NCBI GenBank assembly: GCA_964610875.1
Contig: CAZSWP010000013.1
Span: 1-64,000 of the forward strand
Length of the DNA: 64,000 bases
From: an uncultured archaeon
GTDB taxonomy: Archaea > Asgardarchaeota > Thorarchaeia > Thorarchaeales > Thorarchaeaceae
Direction of reading: 5' to 3'
Below the pieces are notes generated by a model. The model searched no databases. It saw nothing but the letters and a program-made list of their open reading frames with translations, and had not been told where the DNA came from. The position numbers and the translations under genes were made by a program. This document shows positions 1 to 10,630 of this stretch, piece by piece (positions within the stretch are counted from its first letter, which is position 1; each line of letters opens with the position of its first letter).

Positions 1-1255
1 CAGGTACGATATACCCAGAGTCGAGGAGCTGCCGCGATACGTCACGTGGTGCTATGCCGCTTATACCTACCCATATTTTACTAAAGCCCCAACACAGGAA
101 GATCATAAGAGACGCGTAGATAACCACATGTAATATCCAATCGGGTTGTTGTGACAGGGAGAATATTCCCTGCGGTGGCGTCACGTATTTCGAAATACCC
201 TCCACAGCCACCATACGGCCTTCTTGATTCTCATACCTTCCTGGGAACACATTCAAGAATGGGTTCGTGCCCAATGGGTTGAATGAATTGTGAATGATCT
301 GTCCAAAGAAGATGATGTTGGCATAGAGTGCTTGAGCCAGAATGACTGGAATATTTGAAGTGTAGAGTAGTTTGATGGGATACCTGGCTTTCATGCCTCT
401 ATACCGAGCGTATTGTAGTGGTATCTCCACCCGCACACTCTCCATCCAGAGTACACCGCCAAATATGACGAAGGTGACTATCAGTGCAAGGATACTGGGA
501 TCGTACCCGTTTCTAATGAAGAGCCAACCAGCATCAACAGGGGGATAGTTCACATTACCAACACCAAATACCCTGAGAACATTGGCAATCATTGCTGCGA
601 CAATCCCCTTTGGTAGCTGAGTACCCTCTTGTGGGTAAGCCTCTGGAGCAAATGTTTCATTCTCGACAATGTTCAGCATGTTGAACATGACTTGTCCAGC
701 GACATTGGTCATGATGAACAGTGAAACTCCAGAACCAAGACCCCAACCTTTCTGGATAAGCTCGTCCATCAGGATTACTATTATTCCAGAAAGGAAGAGC
801 TGGAGAAAGACAAGAACAGCCTGTTGTGGCTCAAGGGACCCATATGCATTACCAAGTATATAGGCAATCGCCTGAAAGGCAGTCATGAACATTGCCAGGA
901 CTTTCTGACCACCAGTGAAGAGCGCTCTGTCTTCTGGGTCTCCATAGTCCACGTCAATTATCTTTGAACCAGATAGGAGCTGCATGACCAAGCCTGCAGT
1001 TACGATAGGTCCTATACCAAGCTCCATCAAGGTTCCACGGGTACTGGCGAGAATGACACGCATGGCCCATAGATAGTCTGTTCCCGCCGTCTTATCAACG
1101 CCATAAAGCGGAATGTGCGACATCACAAGGAATATGATTAGTATCACGACCGTCCAGACGATCTTCTCACGGAAGGAAACCTCTCTATCAGGGGTTTTCA
1201 CTTCCGGCATGATACGAACGAATGGACTTAGTGCCTTCAGAAATGTTGATGGCAT
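1..1255 (-). CDS. secY: Preprotein translocase SecY/Sec61alpha (runs off window start)
   Basis: Hand translation from ATG 1255: MPSTFLKALSPFVRIMPEV...HIPLYG...ILASTRGTLMELGIGPIVTAGL...LMDELIQKGWGLGSGVSLFI; lies downstream of uL15. Confidence 0.97.
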   Translation of the reverse strand, partial: MPSTFLKALSPFVRIMPEVKTPDREVSFREKIVWTVVILIIFLVMSHIPLYGVDKTAGTDYLWAMRVILASTRGTLMELGIGPIVTAGLVMQLLSGSKIIDVDYGDPEDRALFTGGQKVLAMFMTAFQAIAYILGNAYGSLEPQQAVLVFLQLFLSGIIVILMDELIQKGWGLGSGVSLFIMTNVAGQVMFNMLNIVENETFAPEAYPQEGTQLPKGIVAAMIANVLRVFGVGNVNYPPVDAGWLFIRNGYDPSILALIVTFVIFGGVLWMESVRVEIPLQYARYRGMKARYPIKLLYTSNIPVILAQALYANIIFFGQIIHNSFNPLGTNPFLNVFPGRYENQEGRMVAVEGISKYVTPPQGIFSLSQQPDWILHVVIYASLMIFLCWGFSKIWVGISGIAPRDVSRQLLDSGYIVP

Positions 1256-1513
1256 AGACCTTTTGTCTCCTGCAGGTTTTTCGTGTCCTCCTTTTCAAAC
1301 TCCCTTTAAAGCTAGTGGTCTATCTAGTGATTGTACTATTGGAGATAAAATGTCCGTCTAAGAAAAGAGGTTGCTTCAGTGAGCGAAGTAGTAACAGAGT
1401 GAACATCGAGAATCGTGAGTTTCTCATGAAAATTCTAGTTGCTTTTCTAAAGGAAACTGACTGGATAATACATCATAGAACCTGTCGGCAACCCATATGT
1501 TACAATCAACAGT

Positions 1514-1924
1514 GTGAGTGAACCGACGTTAGAGGAGGCTAAGGAACTATTCATCCCCTTTTTAGAGAAGGACTGGATTGAGATTTTCAGATATTTCTTG
1601 GTTCAAGAGAAGATGCAGATAGTTGGTGGTTGTGGTCTAGCATTCAGGCAAATGATTCCTTCGCGATATTGTCCTACGGGACGGAATGGATACATCTGGA
1701 ATATGTATGTGGAACGGTCTCACCGAAAAAGAGGCATTGGTGGAAAACTTGTAAAGCATGTACTTGATTATTGTAAGAAGGAGGGCATTTTTCTTGTGGA
1801 GTTGCACACATCTGGGATGGGAAAATCAGTTTATGAAAAGCAGGGTTTCTTGCCACTTGAGAATTATTTGGCTTTGTTCCTCTTCAAACCGAGTGAAAAA
1901 AGAAGAATAGCAAATAGAGAATGA
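1514..1924 (+). CDS. GNAT family N-acetyltransferase
   Basis: Motif A NMYVERSHRKRGIGGKL; C-terminal YEKQGF. Confidence 0.85.
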   Translation: MSEPTLEEAKELFIPFLEKDWIEIFRYFLVQEKMQIVGGCGLAFRQMIPSRYCPTGRNGYIWNMYVERSHRKRGIGGKLVKHVLDYCKKEGIFLVELHTSGMGKSVYEKQGFLPLENYLALFLFKPSEKRRIANRE

Positions 1925-1937
1925 GGATTTATCAACT

Positions 1938-2156
1938 TCAGATCTCGAGCTCATCCTCTGTAAGGCCCTTATCTTTCACACACTGTGGACAGATTTGCTC
2001 GTAGTCAGATGTCATTCTGTGACAGTCTGAACATGTTTTTCGACCACACCATTCACACACAAAGAGCAGGTTTCCATCACTCGCATCACTCCCACAATTT
2101 GAACATTTTTCATCGCTGATTGGCATGATACTCACCGGATTTACATTATCTGTCAT
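1938..2156 (-). CDS. Small Cys-rich zinc-finger protein
   Basis: Four CxxC pairs in 72 aa. Confidence 0.6.
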   Translation of the reverse strand: MTDNVNPVSIMPISDEKCSNCGSDASDGNLLFVCEWCGRKTCSDCHRMTSDYEQICPQCVKDKGLTEDELEI

Positions 2157-2321
2157 CTATCTAATATGTCGGTAGAGAGAAACAGATTGTATTCATAGTT
2201 GCATAAATAGATTCTCTGAGGGATAGAAATCAACACTTCAAGCATATACTCAACAGAAGAAAAGAACCTGTTTTATTTATGCAAACCTCAAAATTTCAGA
2301 GTCACGGGGAAAAACAAAGTG

Positions 2322-2349
2322 AAAAATGACTGACCAGTCTGGCCAGTCA
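2322..2349 (-). terminator. Hairpin plus T-tract after the r-protein operon
   Basis: Imperfect inverted repeat TGACTGACCAG-T-CTGGCCAGTCA followed by T5 on the minus strand, just after the uL15 stop. Confidence 0.55.
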
Positions 2350-2359
2350 AAGTAATGTT

Positions 2360-2809
2360 CTATTCTTCAGGTAGGTCGATAGTGCCACCGGCTTCAGTGA
2401 CTTTCTTACGGGCACTTGCGGTGATAGCTTTGACACCAGTGAGGTCCAGCTTTCTCTCAACTCGACCGCCACCAAGAAGCTTGTCAACCTCAAGTTTTGA
2501 GACATCAATAACATAGCGCTTTCCCTTGGCGGTTGCAAGACCCTTCTCAACGAGTTTGTCAGCATCCATGTCCAATTCACTGACATTTATTGCAATCATC
2601 TCTTCTACTAGTTGTTGAGGTCTCTTGAATCCATGTTTTCCAAAATAGCGTGGATTCTCAATCATAGTCTTGATGTAATGATGCTTCTTTGTGCCAGCTT
2701 TTCCAACACCGCCTCTCTGTCCAGAGGCACGATGTCCTGCACTGAACCCATAGCCTGCGGCTCTGCGACCTCTCATTTTATGGATCTTCTTTGATTTTCT
2801 CTTTTGCAT
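2360..2809 (-). CDS. rpl15: 50S ribosomal protein uL15
   Basis: RGRRAAGYG...GQRGGVGKAGTKKH...FGKHGF; operon position. Confidence 0.95.
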   Translation of the reverse strand: MQKRKSKKIHKMRGRRAAGYGFSAGHRASGQRGGVGKAGTKKHHYIKTMIENPRYFGKHGFKRPQQLVEEMIAINVSELDMDADKLVEKGLATAKGKRYVIDVSKLEVDKLLGGGRVERKLDLTGVKAITASARKKVTEAGGTIDLPEE

Positions 2810-2826
2810 AATTGGTCACTCCAAAT

Positions 2827-3366
2827 TCACGCTTTTTTCAGACGTATCTCTAATACTCCATTTCTAATTGCTGAAGTAGCTTGGTCTTTCTTCACTTTAC
2901 CTGGGAGTTCCAAGATTTTATGATAAGGTCGTTGTGGGTTGTCCACCTTGATTATGAGAGTACTGCCCTTTATTCTGACATTAATCTCGTCTTTACTCAC
3001 GCCAGGGAGCTCTGCTACTACAATTATCTCATCATCTTCTTCAATCACATCAACAAGTGGTTCTAGATGGGGAGTCATCTTGAACTCCTCTTCTCCTGAC
3101 ACATTGCCGAATCGTTGAATGATCGGTTTGCCATCAGGACCTACTCTCATCGAGAACCCAAACACAAAGGGATTCGTGCTCTGTGGGTCCCTCATGAATT
3201 CCTCCATTTTGCTGGGATCGAGCAGTCTACCATCTCGCATCTGCTTCATCATTCGATCCATCATCTCTTCAATGTCTTTGAACATTGATTCAGGAAGGAA
3301 TTCACCAAGCCATTTTCTCAATGCTCGTTCTGCATCATTATCAAACGGGTCTTCGTCCCACGACAC
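2827..3366 (-). CDS. Small heat shock protein Hsp20 (archaeal type)
   Basis: GFSMRVGPDGKPIIQRFGN, EPLVDVIE, AELPGVSK, NGVLEI; GTG start 6 nt after GAGGTG. Confidence 0.92.
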   Translation of the reverse strand: MSWDEDPFDNDAERALRKWLGEFLPESMFKDIEEMMDRMMKQMRDGRLLDPSKMEEFMRDPQSTNPFVFGFSMRVGPDGKPIIQRFGNVSGEEEFKMTPHLEPLVDVIEEDDEIIVVAELPGVSKDEINVRIKGSTLIIKVDNPQRPYHKILELPGKVKKDQATSAIRNGVLEIRLKKA

Positions 3367-3382
3367 GATTTTCACCTCTGGT

Positions 3383-3865
3383 CTATATCATCCTCATAGC
3401 TAGTCCATTGATCTCAGGACCACGGTAGCCCGTAATGCCACCCATGCCAACCGAGTAGTATTTCTTACCTCTGTATCCCTTTTTTGGCGGTGTGAGTCTA
3501 AAGATGGGTTTTAGGCCTTCCACATCTGTTAGATTTCCTTCGCCAGAGTGTACAGCTTTTGCTAATGCCTTGATTGATTTGTATGAGGAGATGCCCTTAA
3601 CATAGCTATCATCCAGTCTTTTGTTGCCGGGTAGACGACCACGTTTCTCTAACAGTTTTAGTACTGTTTCCTCATCTACTTCACCCCAAGTTATGTAATC
3701 CTTTACTTTCTCGATCATGCCTTGAATACTAGGTGTAACCTTGAACACTCTGGCATGATGAAGACGAACCAGTTTCAATTTCTGTAGAGTATCCTCAATC
3801 TGAGGCTTCACTCTAACCCTTCCTCTCACACGGATGGCAAGAATCACTTTCTCATCCTCACTCAT
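3383..3865 (-). CDS. rpl30: 50S ribosomal protein uL30
   Basis: AIRVRG...GMIEKVKDYITWGE...FRLTPPKKG. Confidence 0.95.
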   Translation of the reverse strand: MSEDEKVILAIRVRGRVRVKPQIEDTLQKLKLVRLHHARVFKVTPSIQGMIEKVKDYITWGEVDEETVLKLLEKRGRLPGNKRLDDSYVKGISSYKSIKALAKAVHSGEGNLTDVEGLKPIFRLTPPKKGYRGKKYYSVGMGGITGYRGPEINGLAMRMI

Positions 3866-4533
3866 TCTTCAGGACCTCCCATAATAGCCCATTCATGTGG
3901 TGGAAGCATCCTGTATGTATTGGACAAAGCATCAATGAATGCCTTTGCGAAGTTGGATGATGTTCGAGACCTACCCTTAGTGATTGACCAGACATCATGA
4001 AGTCCTGCAATTCTAAGGACAATCTTTCCAACATCAGCTGTGACCAACCCAGTTCCCTTAGGAGCTGGTTTGAGTGTTACAGATACACTTCCAGCATGAC
4101 CTTTTGTTTGAAATGGAATGCTGTGGGGATCTTGACATCTACACTCCCATGACCCACATCCTCTTCGAAACACTGTGAGATTCATTTTTGCACGTGTTTC
4201 TGCAGACCTTACTGCGGGGACAAACTCAGGAGCTTTTCCAATACCAATTCCGATTATTCCCTCACCATTTCCAACAACAACTGTAATTCTAAAGCTCTTT
4301 TGCTGCCCACTGTCTGATTGACGCTGAACCAGGGTCACATCCACAACCTCTTGTCGGAGATCTGGAAATAGCATGTCGATGATTTCGGGTTCGCGAATCA
4401 CATAGTTGTTCTCAAAGATCTCATTAATACTATTGATGTGACCTTCTTTGACCAGTCGACCAAGGTGTGTCTTGGGAACCCAATCCTGTAGAGGATCGGT
4501 TTCAGTACGGGGTTGCCTTCTTCTTCTACTCAT
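3862..4533 (-). CDS. rps5: 30S ribosomal protein uS5
   Basis: WVPKTHLGRLV, RRGCGSWEC, PAPKGTGLV. Confidence 0.96.
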   Translation of the reverse strand: MSRRRRQPRTETDPLQDWVPKTHLGRLVKEGHINSINEIFENNYVIREPEIIDMLFPDLRQEVVDVTLVQRQSDSGQQKSFRITVVVGNGEGIIGIGIGKAPEFVPAVRSAETRAKMNLTVFRRGCGSWECRCQDPHSIPFQTKGHAGSVSVTLKPAPKGTGLVTADVGKIVLRIAGLHDVWSITKGRSRTSSNFAKAFIDALSNTYRMLPPHEWAIMGGPEE

Positions 4534-4543
4534 CCTGATTCAC

Positions 4544-5293
4544 CTACTTTTTCTTCTTCTTTCCTTTTCCTCGAGCTATCAGCTTCTTCGGCTTTGGCTT
4601 TCCAGGTTTTGCGCGAGGCGGCTTTTGCTTAGGCTTATCCTTCTTGGGTTTCTTTTCCTTCTTAGGAGTAGCCTTTGGTTTAGTCTTAGTCGACTTCTTC
4701 TTCAACTCAGTAGCAGGGATAGCTTCGATTGCCTTCTTAACAGTAGCAAATTTCTTTGGAATTCCTGTCAGAGTCGTTTTCTTCTTCCCAAGCTCAGAGA
4801 ACATAATTTTTTCATCTTTCTTGGATTCGACATATTCATAGCTCTTCATTATATGATTGCCAGTAATTCGCTCCTCTTCTGGCAGTACTTCTGGACCGTG
4901 TGGTACTTCAATCCCAGCATCTAGAACTCCCTTGAGGGTAGAGTAGATTCTGGAGCCAGGAATAGGAGGATGCAGTCCAATATCTAGCACGGCATTCTTA
5001 ATACCTCGTGCTTTTGCTCTCGAGCCAGCTAACAATCCAGTGAGATAAGCTGCGGGTATATTGTTTTTCCCTGCAACCCATCCATGAGTAGCAAGCTCAC
5101 TAGATATTGCAGAGGCAACTGTTTCATCGCCTTCGACTTTTGCTTTGATGACCTGTACAATGATCTGAGTGTTGGTCTTTCTGACCACCAGACGCGGACG
5201 TCTGGAGAGTAGCAATCGGCGACGTCTATAGTAGTTTGTTTTTCCTTCTCGACGTCTTCTGAATTTAACACGGTATGTTGGGCCTTGTGCCAT
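4544..5293 (-). CDS. rpl18: 50S ribosomal protein uL18 with Lys/Pro-rich C-terminal tail
   Basis: [27 protein letters not shown]. Confidence 0.96.
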   Translation of the reverse strand: MAQGPTYRVKFRRRREGKTNYYRRRRLLLSRRPRLVVRKTNTQIIVQVIKAKVEGDETVASAISSELATHGWVAGKNNIPAAYLTGLLAGSRAKARGIKNAVLDIGLHPPIPGSRIYSTLKGVLDAGIEVPHGPEVLPEEERITGNHIMKSYEYVESKKDEKIMFSELGKKKTTLTGIPKKFATVKKAIEAIPATELKKKSTKTKPKATPKKEKKPKKDKPKQKPPRAKPGKPKPKKLIARGKGKKKKK

Positions 5294-5296
5294 TAT

Positions 5297-5746
5297 TTAC
5301 ACTCTCCCTAGTTTGTGTTCTTTAATGAAGGTCCGCAAGTGTGCTGTATTTCTAAATGCATTGCCTTTGGCTTTCAGGTATAGCTCACGATAGACCTTTG
5401 TTGATATTTTTTCCTCATTACGGAGTCGACGGAGCTCTTGGCGCAACGGGCGTATCTTGTACATCCATCTCTCCTTCTTAGAAAGCTTTGATGTCGCTTT
5501 ACCCTTTTTATGTCCAGGACCTTGTCGTCGTCCCTTCCTTTTTTGTTTCTGTATGTATCTAGCACGGCCTCTGCTGACTCCTTTCTCAGGCTTCCTTTGG
5601 ATAGCTTGCTCATCAATCAGACGGCGAATATCATTCTTTGTGATTGCTAGAGATACTTCATCTTGAAAATCGGGGTCAATCCATACTCGGGATGTCCCAA
5701 CTTTCAGTATTTCAGCTGCGAGTCGTTTCTGAGATGAGAGTTTCAT
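5297..5746 (-). CDS. rpl19e: 50S ribosomal protein eL19
   Basis: QKRLAAEILKVGTSRVWIDP, YRELYLKAKGNAF. Confidence 0.96.
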   Translation of the reverse strand: MKLSSQKRLAAEILKVGTSRVWIDPDFQDEVSLAITKNDIRRLIDEQAIQRKPEKGVSRGRARYIQKQKRKGRRQGPGHKKGKATSKLSKKERWMYKIRPLRQELRRLRNEEKISTKVYRELYLKAKGNAFRNTAHLRTFIKEHKLGRV

Positions 5747-6633
5747 TCAAAGTCAACCTCCTCTAAATCTTCAAGGCCATCCAATTCTGCAAACAAATCT
5801 TCTTCCTCGATACCTTCAGGAACACCTGCATTAAGTACTCGAAGCATCATTGATTCTGCTTTGTTAATAATATCCTGACGTTTTCTTAGTCCAACAGTTC
5901 CACCAATTCTGACTGCATGGACATCAGGATCCAAACCTTCTAAATCATCAGGTCTGAAAACATGTACTTCTTCATAGCCAGATGGATGAAGACCTCTTAC
6001 AGACTTCGGAGTGCGATAGCCAGCACTGACCATAGCAATACGGCCGCGACGCTTCTCGCGTGTGGCACTGTCAATGCCTCTGACCTTTCGCCATGAATCA
6101 CTGACACGTTTCCATCGATGTGCTTGTTCATGACGAAACTTTGGTTTCCGTTTTCTTTTTGCTGCTGCAATTCTGAGAAGTCTCTTGTCATATAGAGTGT
6201 CTTTAGTGACAAACTCGGGTTCAGGTTTCTTCTCTTTCTCAGGAGCAGCTTTCTTCTCAGTCTTTGGCTTCGCAGGCTTTGCCTCTTCCTTTTTAGGCTC
6301 TTTCTTGACCTTTTTCCTCTTAGGTGCTTCTTTCTTTTTCTCTGCCTCTGGTTTTTCAGACTCTGCTTTCTTTTTCTTAGCAGTCTTCTTGGGCTTTTCT
6401 TCTGTCTTTGTCTTCTTTGTTTCCTTACTTTTCGTATAATCAGACAATAGTTTCTTAGCTTGTGCAATGAAATCCGTTGCACTTGCTATCCCAAGACCGC
6501 TTACTTCTTCAGCGAGTTTTTCAGGGTCTGCTTTCGATAGACTAACAGGACTCTTAATGCCTGCTTCTCGTAACTTCTCTTCCATCGCTGGGCCTATGCC
6601 ATCGATGTCGGATAATTTTGGTTTCCTTGCCAA
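5743..6633 (-). CDS. rpl32e: 50S ribosomal protein eL32 with N-terminal helix-hairpin-helix domain and Lys-rich linker
   Basis: eL32 core KPKFRH...WRKVRGIDS...VRGLHPSG; N-terminal LSDIDGIGP HhH. Confidence 0.93.
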   Translation of the reverse strand: MARKPKLSDIDGIGPAMEEKLREAGIKSPVSLSKADPEKLAEEVSGLGIASATDFIAQAKKLLSDYTKSKETKKTKTEEKPKKTAKKKKAESEKPEAEKKKEAPKRKKVKKEPKKEEAKPAKPKTEKKAAPEKEKKPEPEFVTKDTLYDKRLLRIAAAKRKRKPKFRHEQAHRWKRVSDSWRKVRGIDSATREKRRGRIAMVSAGYRTPKSVRGLHPSGYEEVHVFRPDDLEGLDPDVHAVRIGGTVGLRKRQDIINKAESMMLRVLNAGVPEGIEEEDLFAELDGLEDLEEVDFE

Positions 6634-6645
6634 TCATTTCGCCTC

Positions 6646-7209
6646 CTATACTATCGATTTTACTTCCTCGCCTTTTCGTTTCTTGATTACATAGATACCA
6701 TCCATGAACACACGACGGTCTTTGTCACGGATATTTGTGGCAAGTTGAATATTAGCCGCACTTTGTGATACATGTTCTATGTCTATTCCACTGATGATTA
6801 CTTCATCTTCAGTGGTCTTTACATCAACATCTCCAATCAGACGAGCGGTCCGTATTCCTCGTTCTCCGATGAAGTTCCTAATGTGTACTTTATCATCATG
6901 GATATCTACAGTAATTGGAAAGTGACTGAATACTATCTTCATCGTATATTCGTATCCATGAGTCACTCCAACAATCATATTCCGTACATGAGCAATAATG
7001 GTTCCAACTAATGCACGTGTTTTCTTTCTTGCAATCCAAGTTGATGCAACAACCTCATTACCCTCTAAAGCAAATGTAACTATTGGTTCATCGAAAGTCC
7101 GCTCAAGTGAACCCTTTGGTCCACTGACTTTGATGGTCTTGCCATCTATAGTCACCTGAACTTCTTCCGGTATCTCGATGCGCTTTTCGTATAGCGATTC
7201 TTTAGACAT
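6646..7209 (-). CDS. rpl6: 50S ribosomal protein uL6
   Basis: VSGPKGSL, HFPI, KDRRVFMDGIYV. Confidence 0.96.
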   Translation of the reverse strand: MSKESLYEKRIEIPEEVQVTIDGKTIKVSGPKGSLERTFDEPIVTFALEGNEVVASTWIARKKTRALVGTIIAHVRNMIVGVTHGYEYTMKIVFSHFPITVDIHDDKVHIRNFIGERGIRTARLIGDVDVKTTEDEVIISGIDIEHVSQSAANIQLATNIRDKDRRVFMDGIYVIKKRKGEEVKSIV

Positions 7210-7222
7210 TCGTTACATCTCC

Positions 7223-7615
7223 TTAATACACGTATGCGAGTAATCTTCCACCAATGCTGCGGCGCTTGGCTTCATCATGAGTCATGACTCCTTCAGGAGT
7301 GGTGACGATGAGGATGCCATAATCATAAGCTGGGAGGAAACGCTTCTCAAATACTTCAAATCCATCTCTTCGTACTGGAAATCTGGGTTTTATCACACCA
7401 CAACGATTAGTGCGACCCATGAGTTGGATTCTGAATCTTCCTGCTTTTCCATCATCAATACGTTCGAACTCACCTATGTATCCTCGTGACTGCATAACCC
7501 TGAGCACACGCTCAATGAGGCTAGATGCAGGAGCGATAACTACCTCTGATTTACCGACAATCTCGCTATTGTATATGCTTGACATTGCATCGGCCAATGG
7601 ATCTAGTAGTGTCAT
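7223..7615 (-). CDS. rps8: 30S ribosomal protein uS8
   Basis: [10 protein letters not shown]...GYIGEFE...GGRLLAYVY; the ORF-track start at 7744 is over-extended. Confidence 0.96.
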   Translation of the reverse strand: MTLLDPLADAMSSIYNSEIVGKSEVVIAPASSLIERVLRVMQSRGYIGEFERIDDGKAGRFRIQLMGRTNRCGVIKPRFPVRRDGFEVFEKRFLPAYDYGILIVTTPEGVMTHDEAKRRSIGGRLLAYVY

Positions 7616-7632
7616 GTTTTCAAATACCTCCT

Positions 7633-7806
7633 CTAGCTCATCTTCTTGAAGCCTAACTTCTCTGCTGTCTCTCTGAAACAGCGTCGGCACATGTTCAATC
7701 CATATGAGCGGATAATTGCTTGATGAGTGCCACAACGGACACACCTTCGGCTTCCCTTACCCATCTTTCGTTTTCTTTTTGGTTTCTCTTTCTTTGTACT
7801 CATCAT
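7633..7806 (-). CDS. rps14: 30S ribosomal protein uS14 (zinc type; below ORF-track cutoff)
   Basis: Hand translation [57 protein letters not shown]. Confidence 0.95.
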   Translation of the reverse strand: MMSTKKEKPKRKRKMGKGSRRCVRCGTHQAIIRSYGLNMCRRCFRETAEKLGFKKMS

Positions 7807-7814
7807 TAATCACC

Positions 7815-8402
7815 TCAGAACAGATAGGTCCGCTCACGCATTTTCTCTAGAATCTCAATACCAAACTCATCTTTCACGAAGACCATGCTCTCTTCGGGGG
7901 TGAGTCTGTGTTTATGTGGCACCTTAGCCCTTCTACGTCTTCTTCGCTTTATCCGAAATCCGGGACGTTCAATACAGACAGTGATATTCATACCCTGGAT
8001 TCCAAGTTGGGGATCATATTTTACATCAGGTATGTCAATATGTTCTGAAATTCCAAAGGCAAAGTTACCATCATCATCCCAATTTTTAATCAGCAATATG
8101 TCATCTTTAGCCTTTAATGCACGTTCAAGGAAAACCTTTGCTTTATCCTCCCTCAGAGTGACACGTACTGCTATCGCTTCTTTTCGTCTGATTCCAAAGT
8201 CACGAATGGTCTGACGTGCTCTTGATTGCACAGGATTTTGTCCAGTGAGTTCCTCTAAGATGTCACTTGCACGGTTTAGTACTTCCCCACCGCCAGTGCA
8301 CATGTCAACAATAACCTTTGAAATGAATGGCTTTCGCATAGGATAAGCTTCCCAGTCCTGTTTGAATATCTTTTCATGTTCAAGGACTACTTCGTCACTC
8401 AT
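7815..8402 (-). CDS. rpl5: 50S ribosomal protein uL5
   Basis: TIRDFGIRR, GNFAFGISEHID, YDPQLGIQGM. Confidence 0.96.
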   Translation of the reverse strand: MSDEVVLEHEKIFKQDWEAYPMRKPFISKVIVDMCTGGGEVLNRASDILEELTGQNPVQSRARQTIRDFGIRRKEAIAVRVTLREDKAKVFLERALKAKDDILLIKNWDDDGNFAFGISEHIDIPDVKYDPQLGIQGMNITVCIERPGFRIKRRRRRRAKVPHKHRLTPEESMVFVKDEFGIEILEKMRERTYLF

Positions 8403-9154
8403 TCAATCAGTCCTCCTGTTTCCCCAAGACTAATTTTGGATTGTTTCTTCCCTACAACTAACACATAATCTAGAGCAGTCTGGAAACGAGTTCCTTCCTT
8501 GTCTTCAAGAGTAACGGTACTGGCATGAGTACCAATTCTTTTCTCGATCTCCAGAATCTTCCCTTCATTTCCAACGTTACGACCTTGAGTCACAACTGCG
8601 TATGAGCCCACCTCAAGAGGGAATGACTCAAGCAGTTTCTGTTCAGGAACAGATATAACAAGTGTATCAAGTGTGTTGAAATCCGATGGTCTTGTACCTT
8701 CATCGAGAAGGATATTTCGACCATCATGAAGACTCAGCTGTACTCTTCCACCAGAAATCATTTGCTTCTTCTCAATTCTACCTAGTTTAAATCCGATCTC
8801 ATCATCATCAATGGATACAAGACGGAGTCCACCTTTTCGTTTTGGAAGTAATCGGTATTTCTCATCAGAGGAACGTATCTCAATGACATCCATCATTCCA
8901 ACCGGATAACGTGAATCTTTTCTACAGCGACCATCAACAAACACTTGACCGGATGAGAGTATGTGTTTTACTTCACGCATATTCTCAGCATGACCTAACA
9001 CTTCTCTAAGGAGAAGAGCTAGAGTCAAGCACTGATCCTTTGAATGGGGACCTGGAATAACACGTGTCACGAATTTACCATGTTTTCGCTTAATTGGCCA
9101 ATGTCTTGGTGCTGGTAGACGCTTCTGGTGCTTTTTCTGACCTCGTCTCGCCAT
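8399..9154 (-). CDS. rps4e: 30S ribosomal protein eS4
   Basis: KHQKRLPAPRHW, PVGMMDVI, LSLHDGRN. Confidence 0.96.
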   Translation of the reverse strand: MARRGQKKHQKRLPAPRHWPIKRKHGKFVTRVIPGPHSKDQCLTLALLLREVLGHAENMREVKHILSSGQVFVDGRCRKDSRYPVGMMDVIEIRSSDEKYRLLPKRKGGLRLVSIDDDEIGFKLGRIEKKQMISGGRVQLSLHDGRNILLDEGTRPSDFNTLDTLVISVPEQKLLESFPLEVGSYAVVTQGRNVGNEGKILEIEKRIGTHASTVTLEDKEGTRFQTALDYVLVVGKKQSKISLGETGGLIE

Positions 9155-9541
9155 TTACTCACTCTCCGCAATCTGTAATGTTTTTCGTTGTATCATCTCT
9201 CGTCGTTCGTCATCCAGTTCGAGTTTGGTTAATATCAGGTTTGAGGGGTGAATCGGAATCTGAGCTTCTTTGCCATCAGCTTTTGTAGTAGTTGCACTTT
9301 CCAAGTAGATACGAACATTACGATAGTCTACTCTCGCAACCTTTCCTTCTGTATCTCGAAATTGACCCCTCATCACTCGACATAGATCACCTCTCTTAGG
9401 GACAAGAGAACGCATTGCGTATTCTTCCCTAAGGAATTCATCTAATCGACACTTGAGCATATTCTTATGACTGTGCAGAGGCGTCTTGTAGATACGTCTT
9501 CTCTGTTTCCGGGGGGATTTAGTACTTGGTTTCTTTGTCAT
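9155..9541 (-). CDS. rpl24: 50S ribosomal protein uL24
   Basis: SPRKQRR, GDLCRVMRG, IHPSNL. Confidence 0.95.
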   Translation of the reverse strand: MTKKPSTKSPRKQRRRIYKTPLHSHKNMLKCRLDEFLREEYAMRSLVPKRGDLCRVMRGQFRDTEGKVARVDYRNVRIYLESATTTKADGKEAQIPIHPSNLILTKLELDDERREMIQRKTLQIAESE

Positions 9542-9551
9542 TTTAAATACC

Positions 9552-9974
9552 TCACACAATCTTTGATGCAATAGCTGCTACTCTTGGCCACATTTGTGTG
9601 ACCTCTCTAGCCATTGGCCCTCTTAGTTCAGAACCCTGTGGTTCACCACCGGGCTTGATCAGCACTGCAGCATTATCTTCGAATGCCATCCAAGTGCCAT
9701 CATGCCGTCGAAATGGTTTTCTCTGTCTAACTATAACCGCCTGGAGGACTTGCTTACGCAGTTCCTGTTTTCCTTTGATAACTGCAACATTGACTCTATC
9801 GCCAACGCCAGCTTTTCCAAGCTTTCGTAATCTTCCTTTGTAGCCAAGTACTGTGAGAATTTCCAGTTCTTTTGCACCAGAATTATCAGCACACAGTATC
9901 TTCGCACCAATGGGCAACCCTCGGGCTACTCTTGGTACGAATTTTCGAATGCCTCTTCCAACCTTCCTTGACAT
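9552..9974 (-). CDS. rpl14: 50S ribosomal protein uL14
   Basis: CADNSGAK, FEDNAAV. Confidence 0.97.
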   Translation of the reverse strand: MSRKVGRGIRKFVPRVARGLPIGAKILCADNSGAKELEILTVLGYKGRLRKLGKAGVGDRVNVAVIKGKQELRKQVLQAVIVRQRKPFRRHDGTWMAFEDNAAVLIKPGGEPQGSELRGPMAREVTQMWPRVAAIASKIV

Positions 9975-9977
9975 CTA

Positions 9978-10343
9978 TTATTCCTCCGTTGCGACTTCAC
10001 TAGGTGTCACAGAAACAACTACTGAACTCACATTCTTACTCAATGGCCTGCATTCAACCACTTTGACTGTGTCCCCAATCTTCGCATCAAGACATGGGGG
10101 TAGATGTGCATGTTTCTTTGATCTGCGACGTTCATATCGCATGTATTTCTTCACCAAGCTAAGATAGTCCATCTGGAAGGTGATGGTCTTGTACATCTTA
10201 GTGCTTTTCACAATCCCTTCCATCACTCGCCCTCTTACCGAGAGATTACCATGGAATGGACAGTTTATATCATCACAGGTCTTTTCTGGGGGTTCAACAC
10301 CTGGGATACCGATGTTTCGAACTTTTCCTTCGCTCTTTGACAT
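9978..10343 (-). CDS. rps17: 30S ribosomal protein uS17
   Basis: [23 protein letters not shown]. Confidence 0.96.
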   Translation of the reverse strand: MSKSEGKVRNIGIPGVEPPEKTCDDINCPFHGNLSVRGRVMEGIVKSTKMYKTITFQMDYLSLVKKYMRYERRRSKKHAHLPPCLDAKIGDTVKVVECRPLSKNVSSVVVSVTPSEVATEE

Positions 10344-10345
10344 CT

Positions 10346-10630
10346 TCACCATCTCCTGCTCTGACGCTTCTTCAAACGGTCTTCTGAACGACCTCGTAAG
10401 AGATCTCCATCAACACGTACAACTGTACCGTCAGGTAGCGTGAAATCGAAGACACAGAGATCTTTTGCAATGAGAATGTCCCCCAATGGTGTGTCAATTT
10501 GGAGCATATCTCTTGTTTCTGCAACAACTGTACCTTCTCGTGAAATATGACTAGGGTCTCTAGACCTAACAATATGAGTAGGAAGACCCACAAGTTCATG
10601 TTTGAGTAGATTCACAGGACTGATGCTCAT
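10346..10630 (-). CDS. rnp1: RNase P protein Rpp29/Pop4
   Basis: [22 protein letters not shown]; conserved position between uL29 and uS17. Confidence 0.92.
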   Translation of the reverse strand: MSISPVNLLKHELVGLPTHIVRSRDPSHISREGTVVAETRDMLQIDTPLGDILIAKDLCVFDFTLPDGTVVRVDGDLLRGRSEDRLKKRQSRRW

